64,000 nt of DNA, from NCBI GenBank assembly GCA_046563655.1, contig CM102289.1, positions 3,658,001 to 3,722,000 on the forward strand. Reading direction: 5' to 3'. The position numbers and the translations under genes were made by a program. This document shows positions 50,801 to 59,633 of the stretch, in pieces (position 1 is the stretch's first letter; the number at the start of each line of letters is the position of its first letter). The DNA is from Yuukianura sp. NJ FZ-2021 (taxonomy: Eukaryota). The notes under the pieces are model-generated. The model ran no database searches and was not told the origin of the DNA. It saw nothing but the letters and a program-made list of their open reading frames with translations.

Positions 50801-53113
50801 TTCTTTTCAGTTGATCGATTTCTTTTTGTTGGTTCTCAGTTTTCGTTTGTAGTTCTTCGATTTGTTCTTGGTATTTTTCCAGTTTGAGTTCGATGGAGTC
50901 GCATCTCGTGTCAATTTTTGATTCAACATTGCCAATTTTTGTTTCCACGTTGCCAATTAGTTTTGTCATTGCCGACATTAAATCGTCATTCGAGAAGTTC
51001 GATCGTTTTGAACATGGCTCGTTTCCATCGTTAGGCTCCGATTCCGCAGCTCGTTTGCTTCCTTTGCTTTGTGGTAGGAACGATAGAGTAGTTTGAGACA
51101 TGTTCTGTGACACGGGAGAACGTGAAATTGGCATCAGGGTTATGTAGTTCCTTTGTGGGTTATCCTGTTATCCTGTGGATTACTTTAACCAAGTTATCCT
51201 GTGGATTACTTTAACCAAGTTATCCTGTGGATTACTTTAACCAAGTTATCCTGTGGATTACCTTCACCAGGTTATCCTGCGGATTACTTTAACCAAGTTA
51301 TCCTGTGGATTACTTTAACCAAGTTATCCTGTGGATTACTTTAACCAAGTTATCCTGTGGATCACTTTAACCAAGTTATCCTGTGGATTACTTTAACCAA
51401 GTTATCCTGTGGATTACTTTAACCAAGTTATCCTATGGATTACTTTAACCAAGTTATCCTGTGGATTACTTTACCCAAGTTATCCTGTGGATTACCTTCA
51501 CCAGGTTATCCTGTTTTGATGGATTACTTTAACCAAGTTATCCTGTGGATTACTTTAACCAAGTTATCCTATGGATTACTTTAACCAAGTTATCCTGTGG
51601 ATTACTTTAACCAAGTTATCCTGTGGATTACTTTAACCAAGTTGTCCTGTGGATTACTTTAACCAAGTTATCCTGTGGATTACTTTAACCAAGTTATCCT
51701 GTGGATTACTTTAACCAAGTTATCCTGTGGATCAGCCTAGATTACCTGGAGATTGGTCAGATAGATGTTTTCTTCAAACTGGGTATCTCGATGTCCCTTT
51801 TACGCTTCCGCAGTTTTGAAATGTGAAAACGATTTGTAGTTGTGTTTGACCTTCAGAGTTGTGGAGTGTGAGTGTAGTTCTCACGGGTACTGCCAAAAGT
51901 GATATTAATGTGTCAGGAAGTGGCCCTTGTTGATTAAAGATGGTTAATCTGGAGATTGGTTAGATCAGTTGTTTTCTTCAAAACTGGGTAACTCGATGTC
52001 CCTTTTACGCTTCCGTAGTTATCAAATGTAAAACGATTTGTGGATATGGTTGACAGTCAGTGTTGTGTAGTATTTGTGTAGTATGTGAGTTGGTAGTTAA
52101 TGTCCATTAACTGGACAATTACAAGTACTGAAACAAACGACGGGTGTCGTAAGCCTTTTGGTTTGAGGTGTGTCCCGTTCAGTGCTTGATTATGAAGTTA
52201 TCGATGTATTTGCCGTTTAGTAATTGATTGTTATTGGTGATTGATAGTCTGTTAGCCACCGATGATTCGTTTGTCACGAGACTCAAGAGTATTGCGTTAC
52301 CTTGATTAATGTTAGTACTTGTCCACGAGAACGAATGGTCAGCTGATCGAAAAGTACTAAAAAAAAATCCCACAGTTACTCCTTGGTACTGCCAAAAGTA
52401 GTATCAGCGTGTTCGGGTAGAGCTCCTCTGTTGATTTTCAGTTGATTCCAGTGACCAAGGTTAGTTAATTGGTGATTAAAAATGATTAATCAGGGAGCCT
52501 TTCTGCAGTCGGTCGGGCAAACTCTCACCCCTAAATCTCACCCAAAATTGTCTAAAGTGTATTAACTTTTCATAGGAAGAAAAATACCCCCAAAAAGAAC
52601 TGGATTTTCCAAACCTCAAGGCCTACGTTTACACGAAAATGGGCAAAAAGGAGATAACGGAAAAACCGAATTCGGATGACAACCAATATAAAAGTCCCGC
52701 GTTAGTGATGGATCAGAGTAACTTCGACGAAGTGGTCAAGGCAGAACCTCTAATATTCGCGTGTTTCCATACTCCATGGTGTACACCTTGTCAAAAATTG
52801 GAACCCATTTGGGAAGAATTGGCTGCACATTACAAATACAACAAAAATATCAAAATTGCAAAAGTTGATTGTACACGCAACAAAGGCTTATGTGAAGAGA
52901 AAAATGTAAGGTTTTCGTACCAATACTAACGAAAACAGTCGTTGTAATTTTTGAAATTGCAAACTTTTTCTGCGATTTTAGATCCAGGAATACCCAACAT
53001 TGAATGTCTACGCGAACGGAGAATTGAAAGGCCCTTATGGTGGGGAACTATCACCAGAAGAACTCACGATTTTTATCGAAACGCTTCTTCAAAGCTCGAA
53101 GGAAGAATTATAA
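44866..53113 (+). CDS. TXNDC5: TXNDC5/ERp46-like ER protein with three thioredoxin domains
   Basis: Exons 44866-45020, 45097-45246, 45328-45442, 45502-45798, 52576-52905, 52982-53113. Signal peptide, three Trx repeats (AKVDCT/GQLDCT, YP motifs), C-terminal KEEL*. Confidence 0.88.
46025..46077. repeat. Imperfect (TA)n microsatellite
   Basis: Direct reading of the sequence. Confidence 0.95.
46081..46692. repeat. 19-bp GC-rich minisatellite ctgcgcaac(a/t)gcgcacaa(c/a), ~32 units
   Basis: Period 19 with occasional 11-bp half units. A variant block recurs at 258-bp spacing (46261 and 46519). Confidence 0.95.
47040..50288 (-). CDS. LINE ORF2: AP endonuclease + reverse transcriptase + C-terminal CCHC-type finger
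   Basis: 1082 aa. APE motifs LSES, GDLNSR, VDLV, SDHFP; RT motifs NYRPISL, QAGFR, FVDLSQAFD, GVLQG, YADD, YLG; CSFC..H....C. Confidence 0.96.
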   Translation of the reverse strand: MTIFYLNAKSVNNLGPTFWNEFLTLQPSLFCLSESMQWENYKNHILQQQYTVHQILAKKQDRGRPYGGFIFGWHSSIDSEITLLETTEHSILLAVRNHQSQFLLLFAYIPPDKSNQKLVTDTLETLKFTNKPILLMGDLNSRTGERNTTPLYKRKSKDKFINGNGRNLLSVAAECNLTICNGAISGDEQGEITMVNPANAGCSVVDLVLTSQNWQGNVRDLKILDWHHSDHFPLLVSLLQTVNQPQNHSGLTQEKIIIPTEKMAKYDFYKLLETSLNYDIKDANEASLQLQQKVLETAKATGNHTKSKPKPARPKPKWFDAELNSSKWKKNNALRKLRRCNEENRAACAQRYIEAQKLYKQQLVNKKSLYLSNFISHLHSSKDPGNFWKAVKYFTAHSNTQDKIPKNTWFQHFQELFKARDIPNHQLQHTTFVENEILDRDVTAIEIRMATKSLKTRKATGPDRIPNELMKAATPNILIFLVTLFQNILQSGILPPHWCNTRILPLHKKGPKDQPQNYRPISLMNTVLKLFTKVLNSRLNNWINVNNKISDFQAGFRKSRSCTDHIFTLMAMIQCQMLKQKELYVAFVDLSQAFDTPNHFLLWEVLGNMGVSTKFLNVFKCLYDNATTQINTTEGLTDPIKIMKGVLQGESASPTLFNLFIEDLVNRFTNSLLKGYTLGSRIIHVLLYADDLVITAQSKELLQEKIKIASNFFKSRGLQVNLGKTKVIPFRRSGRIRKDDVFFWNGTRIDTVVEYKYLGVIFQSNGTFQKAAKIAVEKGTSAQGAVFSLLKKPAYIDLWTVKRLLNSIVKSTTLYNCETWGLLHSNSIETVQQNFYKRVFHLPFTTPRYFIRLETESLPLEFEIVKRSWRLFTKFRSQSCSDLTKNAYLQLRKVSLLHPDEKYSWCLQLRAALAQIGEESAYDCENLNDIRTKTKTILKKLANFYRETDKRSASQSNSIPHYSTIAEEFPAKELLSKRFQAYLTRTVFQIRLNMNQVYHNRKWLDLGQFKEKYCSFCGDQLSYYHALWTCPQTTTHRNQLHIPLYQCPISWANAHATEINFVKKLQNMNHTVLSMFEPTLER
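50364..51134 (-). CDS. LINE ORF1: coiled coil + RRM-like domain
   Basis: 256 aa. Heptad region, RRNNLLIHGLPE, AFRIG, PRPIKVR, ITEDLT. Confidence 0.9.
   Translation of the reverse strand: MPISRSPVSQNMSQTTLSFLPQSKGSKRAAESEPNDGNEPCSKRSNFSNDDLMSAMTKLIGNVETKIGNVESKIDTRCDSIELKLEKYQEQIEELQTKTENQQKEIDQLKRMNSRLTDELRRNNLLIHGLPETTNENTMNITNDFFNHYKLRINVEDAFRIGRFNPSSDKPRPIKVRILTFAQRMQALQLRKTFIQNKDIYSITEDLTLETRMERQKNRELRQRASESRTLAPGTSNPTISRTFASATRSSFPAPK
51167..51732. repeat. 26-bp tandem array gttatcctgtggattactttaaccaa (~21.5 copies) in the LINE 5' UTR
   Basis: Near-identical units. Variant unit ccttcaccag recurs at 51261 and 51495 (234 bp = 9 units). Confidence 0.96.
51748..52042. repeat. Diverged duplication with ~200-bp period in the LINE 5' UTR
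   Basis: ctggagattggt..gttttcttcaaa..ctgggta..ctcgatgtcccttttacgcttccg..aaaacgatttgt occurs at ~51748 and ~51949. ggtactgccaaaagt occurs at 51886 and 52385. Confidence 0.8.
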
Positions 53114-53354
53114 GTTTATGCTACTCCGAATACTTATTAAGATTTGTCTTCTTTCAGATTTTTAATTATTAAATTTGCGGTTGTTAACAGAAACGATAGA
53201 CGTATTACGTAAATTTGTCAACAAAAAGCCGTAGTTAACTAACATATGGAGAATGTTGAGCCGCTTCTGAGGTAATTGCGGCACCAACGGCCGGACAGAC
53301 AGAGAGACGGACAATGTCGATGTATAAAGTAGCTTCCGCTACTTATTGAATGTG

Positions 53355-55745
53355 CTAATTGGTCTTGCGCGCCACAACGTTTGCAGCCAAATCAAGTTTG
53401 GTTGTTGCAACTCTAAATGGCGCAACACAGGACAGGAGTAGAGTAGAACGCTTGGCAAATTCTCTTCTTATATTCGTACACAAATATTGTACCTCATAAA
53501 GAAAAAGTATAACACAAAAACACACTCCCGCAAAAAGTAAATAGAAAGACGTAATAATATTACCACTTAGATTTAATTTTGAAGGCAAAGACAATAGACT
53601 CTTAGTTTTCACATTCTCTTTCATAATCTTATCCCGAGCAGTTGGGTTACGCACTGGTTGCCATTTCTCCCAAAGCTGAAATATTCCGCCCGCTAAAAGT
53701 GCTTGTATTTTTGTATATACATATTCCTTATCAATGCTGTAGCTTCGCACCATTGCAGCAATTGTCTCATTTCCTTTCCGAAAATTAAGCGAACTGGGAA
53801 CATGTGTGCGACCGTTGAATTTTGAGTTTTGCATGTTTTCATAGTTGGCTAAAAACAAATCCAAGTTAGACTCTAAGCCCATTAAGGCCATTTTCGTACA
53901 AGGGGAAAGAATTTGGGCCAATTTTGTAACCACAAATTTTATATCAGATTCGTATTGAATATTTTCAACAAATGCCGCAATTTGTGCAACTACGAAGTTG
54001 TTTGGTAGAACAGAATGTACAGTAACACCATTCATTTCTATCTTGTCTGAACTGGTACCAGTTTTGGCCGCGATCTCATAACTGTCACAAGTTAGTGATC
54101 CAAATATATCATCGTAGTTTGTCATTATGTACACCTCAGACATAGGCCGACATGTCGCATGGTTTGTTTTACTTCGCTGAACCATTTGACGAAATGCCAG
54201 GTTGTCTACTGCTTCAAGCTGAGCGAATGGATAATAATGATAATAGTGTGGGGCACAATCACAAACAATTTGAGTTTCAAGGTCCGTAGTATTGATCAAA
54301 ACGATAGAGTAGTTGAATTTACTGCGATAGGAATTAAAATAGCGTTCATATGTATCCACATCTTGAAATATAACAAAATCCTCCAATTGTTTAGCTGTAA
54401 AGTATGTTTGCTTAATGGGTAGCTGCGACGCTAAAAATGAAACTACAACACCCTTGTAACCATTAATCAAAACAACTAGAATCATAGCCCATAAACTAAT
54501 CACCAACTTTGCATTGGTTTTTCGATTTTGTTGTTGTGGAAGTTTTTGAAAAACGTCAATTAAAGTGAGGAAAGTCACAAACAAAAAATTTATCCAGTAG
54601 AGAAGAAATTGTTTTACCGTCGTAGTAGTCGGGAATTTGACGTAGAATGCAGTACAAATCAAAGCAACGAAACAACATCCGATAATTGCACTAAACCAAG
54701 AGTATTTGTCGTACGGTGCTGCATAAAATTCAAACGTTACTACTCCACTGGTACCATCACATGTTAGAAAATTCACAGTATGCGATCCCATTACAACCAT
54801 AAACCTACGCTCCGAAAAGTCTATTTTGAAATGAATTTTATGTTTAAAAAATCCATACTTCATGCGCACATCCATATTTGGTCCAGAATATTTTAAACTT
54901 TTTACATAGTCCAAAGACACAAAAACTTCAACGTTTTCGTGAACAAGAAGTCGGAAATAGTCAATGAGTGATAAGTTTCGTCCAATTTGTAATCCCTTGA
55001 ATGGAGTTAAAGCCCCTTTATTGCTTTCTATTTTTACATAATTTTCTGCGTATTTGTGATAATACGTCTGTTCGGCTTTTTTCCGTGCGTGTTCGATCAT
55101 TTGCATCACAGGTAAGAAAATTGGTGTATATGTGAAATTTGTCTCAACTGAACGGTTGTCTTGCTGGAACAATACCGTGTCAATAGCTGTTACATTACGA
55201 TCAATACCGTTCAAAGGTGCAACCGGGAAGAAAAGCACAGGGTTTGCTGGCTGATGAAGAGGCAGATAAGACGGCATTGGTTTGAAGTCTATTCTATGAA
55301 ATATCACATGCAATTTAAACCTTAAATGAGACATAAAGTTGGATGTTTTGAAACACTTGCTTGGTTTTACTACAGCTTGTCTCACTATTTTATCAAACCA
55401 CAGGGTTTGAAAGAGAAGAAATACTGTAAAATATCGGAGCTTATTTGCTCGGTGTCCCACTACGCCCAAGTGCATACGTTGGAAGTCGAAGAACACAGTG
55501 TTGATGGATTTACCACAATGAACGCTATTTTTTGTAGTTACGTAGTACAGTTTAACTGGAACTTTAAACCCTTGAGTGATTTCTGGGTGTCTATAGCCTG
55601 GTAGTACTAACAAATTGTCGCTATTTGGAAACTGGTCTACAAGGAGATCCAAATTTGTCACTTGAATTGATTCAGGAGTCATTTCTAAATTGACAACAAC
55701 GAATTGATGGAAACATACCAGAAAGACGATTTCAAAAAGCTGCAT
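53355..55745 (-). CDS. Intronless divergent ionotropic-receptor (IR/iGluR)-like membrane protein, 796 aa
   Basis: N-terminal hydrophobic leader; NFLTC; pre-M1 APYDKYSW followed by a TM segment; M3-like LWAMILVVLINGYKGVVVSFL; LLAGGIFQLW; final TM NIITSFYLLFAGVCFCVILFLYE. Confidence 0.75.
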   Translation of the reverse strand: MQLFEIVFLVCFHQFVVVNLEMTPESIQVTNLDLLVDQFPNSDNLLVLPGYRHPEITQGFKVPVKLYYVTTKNSVHCGKSINTVFFDFQRMHLGVVGHRANKLRYFTVFLLFQTLWFDKIVRQAVVKPSKCFKTSNFMSHLRFKLHVIFHRIDFKPMPSYLPLHQPANPVLFFPVAPLNGIDRNVTAIDTVLFQQDNRSVETNFTYTPIFLPVMQMIEHARKKAEQTYYHKYAENYVKIESNKGALTPFKGLQIGRNLSLIDYFRLLVHENVEVFVSLDYVKSLKYSGPNMDVRMKYGFFKHKIHFKIDFSERRFMVVMGSHTVNFLTCDGTSGVVTFEFYAAPYDKYSWFSAIIGCCFVALICTAFYVKFPTTTTVKQFLLYWINFLFVTFLTLIDVFQKLPQQQNRKTNAKLVISLWAMILVVLINGYKGVVVSFLASQLPIKQTYFTAKQLEDFVIFQDVDTYERYFNSYRSKFNYSIVLINTTDLETQIVCDCAPHYYHYYPFAQLEAVDNLAFRQMVQRSKTNHATCRPMSEVYIMTNYDDIFGSLTCDSYEIAAKTGTSSDKIEMNGVTVHSVLPNNFVVAQIAAFVENIQYESDIKFVVTKLAQILSPCTKMALMGLESNLDLFLANYENMQNSKFNGRTHVPSSLNFRKGNETIAAMVRSYSIDKEYVYTKIQALLAGGIFQLWEKWQPVRNPTARDKIMKENVKTKSLLSLPSKLNLSGNIITSFYLLFAGVCFCVILFLYEVQYLCTNIRREFAKRSTLLLSCVAPFRVATTKLDLAANVVARKTN

Positions 55746-55870
55746 TGCTTCCTTTTACTGCAGAGCACCAAACACTTACATACAAAAGTTAATTTAGTAC
55801 AGCAGGGGTGGAGGTGGAACAACCAGTCAATTTAAGCTCTTTGGTCTCATATTTAAGTCATAATGTTGTG

Positions 55871-56468
55871 CAAAAGAATATGGCACAAAGTCCATGAGAA
55901 AGTTGCCTCGGTGGTATTCGAACGAAATTTTTACCAGTTGTTAGGCTCACTACTGGCATTATATTTGCAAATTTTCAGACCGCTAGAAACGATACACCGG
56001 TGACGGGGGTCAAAGGTCACCATGTCATCCTATGACGACCCCATGCAAGTAGCATATCGTTGGAACGGGCTCATCCTCCTGATTCAGAAAGTATATATAT
56101 ACATGTTGATATTTATGGGGTAAGACAACGAAATTATGGCGCGGAAAGTCCAAAGCGGCAGTAACTACCGCGCTCCAATCCCACCTACTTTGCATGTGGG
56201 GCGCCATAACTTCGTTGTTTTACGTCATAAATATCACCATATATACATTTTCGGAATCAGGAGGTCGAGCCCGTTCCAACGATATGTTACTTGCATGGGG
56301 TCGCCATAGGATGAGATGGTGACCTTTGACCCCCCTCACCGGTGACCTATCGTTTCTAGGGGTCTGAAAATTTGCAAATATGATGCCAGTAGTGAGCATA
56401 ACAACTGGTAAAAATTTCGTTCGAATACCACCGAGGCAACTTTACGGACTTTGTGCCATGCTCTTTTG
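55871..56468. mobile_element. Foldback MITE: ~270-bp inverted arms around a ~60-bp loop
   Basis: 55871-56142 mirrors 56201-56468 with scattered mismatches. Core termini ggcacaaagtcc/ggactttgtgcc are flanked by AT. Confidence 0.88.
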
Positions 56469-57052
56469 TTTTAAAGTTTAATTGCAACTGTTCGTGTTTT
56501 TCTTTCTTAACTAATGTGGCCGCATCCTGGTCATTACTAAAATAGTATGGTCGCACGCAAGGAGTTTGTGTTTGGCAAGAAGGGATAGCTACTGTATGGA
56601 TTGACCTTGTCTGTCCATCGCTGTGCCCAAAACGTGCTGTGTAGTGTAGATGCATGAATCTGTGTCACATTACCAGAAAATACTGATCCAGCATTATTGC
56701 GTTCCTCTTTCAAATAACGGACATGAGAAGTCATGATTTAATCATTGAAAGGCTAAATTGCCATTGAAATTTTATTTTTGTCTAACCCCATAACCCCAGC
56801 CTCCAATGACATTCTGAATTTTTTAAAATGGGGTGATACTTCGTCTGTGACCTTGTTCCAAAATGCAACACAACTTTAACAAAGCGATCATCTTTCCACT
56901 TGTACTTCAACAGTTTTCAAGTAAGTTTAAAAAAAATGTCTTTTTGAAAAACTATTTTTCAAACTAAAAAAGAACTGAAATCTCCGGAAGTTCCTTTCTG
57001 TACGTTTCATCGCCTAAACACTGTGAAAGAAAGAAATTACAAAACTTGTGTT

Positions 57053-57253
57053 ATGCTGGCAGCATCTGCAGAAAATGACAAGCATTCGCTTCTGGCTCAA
57101 AACACTTCCACTGGATCATCATCATCGACAACCAATGACCTCGGTAAGTCCAGTATGTGTCAAGGTCATGGTACTTGCATGTCCTCCACAGAATGTTCAG
57201 CGGCTGAAGGCACGAGGAAATAGGCGAATCTGTACAAAATGTCTGTTGCACAA
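57053..57253 (+). pseudogene. Possible frameshifted fragment of a small Cys-module (CUB-associated/clip-like) gene
   Basis: GTCMSSTECSAAEGT then stop; a shifted frame continues IGESVQNVCCT, resembling the GTC....EC...GG...G.C...VCC motif. Confidence 0.3.
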
Positions 57254-57890
57254 GTACGACTTTAGTCCATTTTTGAAAAATCGACATAAGAAATTTTTTT
57301 GGGAATTTGTTAGAAAGTCCAGCAAGCGAAACGCGATGGCGTTATGAAGAGCTGAAAGGTCTGTGTAGTCTGTGTATTAGCGACGCCTTCTGAAACCATT
57401 GGTTACAATGCTCTAAGTCTGGCACACTTCAACGGTTCCCTTCTTCTACAATGAATAGAACAGCTGCTGGGGAGACGACGTAAAGTCAAAGTTCCAACAG
57501 AGTGAATTGATGAGGTTTTGTTACGTTGTCACTCTTTAATTAGGGTATCTTAAATAAATATCCCTCGATACAGTCTACAGTGAGTTTTAAGTGTCCTCGT
57601 TCCCTCGTGTCGCATCATTTATTGCTATAACCTACAACTCTAAAAGCTATTCTTACCTTATCTCGGCTAGGATCTCTTGAAAGGAAGTAAGAAAATCCAA
57701 TTTGATTAAATTGGATTTCACTAGTTTAGTGTTTTGTGGCATAGGCCCCACTGTAAAACAGTAAAACAGATAGCTAATCTGAATTATTTTTTACTAGGTG
57801 CTACAGCGACAACTTTTATGAACAACCAACCAGCGTATTTGAGTCATTAAGAATCCAGCAATCCAGATTGGCAACATTTGGCTAATTGTA

Positions 57891-59633
57891 ATGTCTAGTG
57901 CCTTGTCTTCGAGAAAAGCTTCAGAGCTCCGTTCTTTCAAGATCATCGTTATCGGAGATAGTGGTGTTGGAAAGACTTGTCTCACATTTCGTTTCTGTAG
58001 TGGCAAATTCCCTGGAAAAACCGAGGGTAAGATCACAGAAAAGAATGGTATATCTTCTTCAAACTCGCGAAGGTTCTATGGGAGAGATATGGAATTTCAC
58101 TTTCTCTCAGAGTAACAGCTCTGGGCATCTCACTTCTCCCTATCTCTTACATGGGGGCACATTTTAGTTAAAGTTAGGTTAGGTTAAGTTAGGGTAATGA
58201 GCGGCCAAAACTAATTACAGATTCGTAATCAGCGTAAAAAACTGAGTTAATAGAGATTTTTATCTCAATTAAATGAGCTTCGCGAGTTTCCGAAAGGAGT
58301 TCCAAAAGAATTAATGTAAAGGTGGTAGCTGCAACTTAATTCGGATGAGTGTTTGGCTTGAGATTTGGTTTTTTCAGCTTAATCGGTAATCACAGCGGAA
58401 CATTTTTTTTAGTTTTCTTCTATGTAGAAGTTTAGAATTAAATGTTTCAAAGTAAAGTAATTACTACGGTTGGATCCTAGAAACGCAGTCTGTTTTTCTT
58501 TTAGTGTGAGTTAGGTTATCAAATCAGGGCACAGTGCACGGTGTTGCAGGTGAGTGTGCCGTGCACTATGTCCTGATTTGATAACCTAACTAAAAGAACT
58601 AAAAGAAAAACAGACTGCGTTTCTAGGATACAACCATTACTACTTGCTTAGGAATTAGAAAATTTAAAAGAAGCTTTTACCAATTGCTAAGTGTGCATAG
58701 TGTTTAGATAATAATCCATATTCACTTTCATTTCATTTTGTTTTACAGTTACAATCGGAGTCGATTTCAGAGAGAAAGTCGTAGACATTGAATCCGAAAT
58801 CATCAAAGTAAGTCGTTAATTTCAGAGTTTTTTTTCCGTACACTCAACGCTTCCAGTATGTCGTACTTTAATTTCCCCTACTGTTTGTCGTAACAATCGT
58901 CGTTCTTGTTCCCGATCTAGTTAATGCCAATACTCTATGTAAATGTAAACCAAATTAATTCTGTATTTACAGTTGCAGCTATGGGACACCGCAGGTTAGC
59001 AGACCCATAAGTTTTACTAGCAAAGCATATGAATCTAAATCTAATTATCGTTTACTTTTTTTTATATCCTACAGGACAAGAGCGATTTCGGAAATCTATG
59101 ATACAACATTACTACAGGAACGTTAATGCGGTTGTTTTTGTGTACGACGTGACAAATCCTTCCACCTTTGACTCCTTGCCGACGTGGATATCAGAATGCG
59201 AGAAACATCGACTTACAGATGATGTTCCTCGGCTAATAATTGGCAATAAGTTGGACTGCGGCACACAGCTTGTACCCACAAATATGGCACAGAAGTTTGC
59301 TGATTCACACAATATGCCTGTAAGTCAAATTCTTCCAGCAAATTCTTTCAAATTCAGTTCAGAGATGACGATTGTAACGTTTTTGCATTGAATCATAAAT
59401 TACAGTTATTTGAAACCTCGGCTCTAGACGATAGTCACGCAAACCATGTTGATTCAATCTTCATGACGTTGGCTCACAAGCTAAAAGCTAAGAAAGGAAT
59501 GATGAGTCCAATCAGTGGCCCGACTCCCGGAACCCCCTCGCCTTCCATCGTTCTTCAAAGGAGACTGACTGACGACAGCACATCGACCACCCAACGCGGA
59601 AGTGGAGATGACAGTTATGGATGTGGTTGCTGA
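57891..59633 (+). CDS. Rab33: Rab33 small GTPase
   Basis: Exons 57891-58026, 58749-58807, 58973-58994, 59075-59319, 59406-59633. [37 protein letters not shown] (Rab33 signature), NKLD, ETSA, CGC* prenylation end. Confidence 0.95.
58061..58289. mobile_element. Small MITE-like element with internal TTAGG tract in Rab33 intron 1
   Basis: 12-bp inverted ends aaactcgcgaag/cttcgcgagttt. TSD not resolved. Confidence 0.5.
58468..58635. mobile_element. 168-bp palindromic MITE (Merlin- or hAT-like) in Rab33 intron 1
   Basis: Near-perfect hairpin with GG..CC termini. 8-bp TSD attactac at 58460-67 and 58636-43. Confidence 0.88.

Larger units (their letters stand above)
46763..52543 (-). mobile_element. 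Full-length non-LTR retrotransposon (LINE, RTE-X-like), 5.8 kb, antisense in TXNDC5 intron 4
   Basis: 13-bp TSD aaaattgtctaaa at 46750-62 and 52544-56. Two intact ORFs. 3' end AATAAA followed by TTGAATTGATTGA. ~1.4-kb 5' UTR. Clade inferred from motif style. Confidence 0.93.

Noticed and set aside
51167..51732. CRISPR array or DnaA-box/iteron origin
   Set aside because: Units are head-to-tail with no unique spacers, there are no cas or rep genes, the context is a eukaryotic LINE UTR, and TGTGGATTA is only a near-match to a DnaA box.
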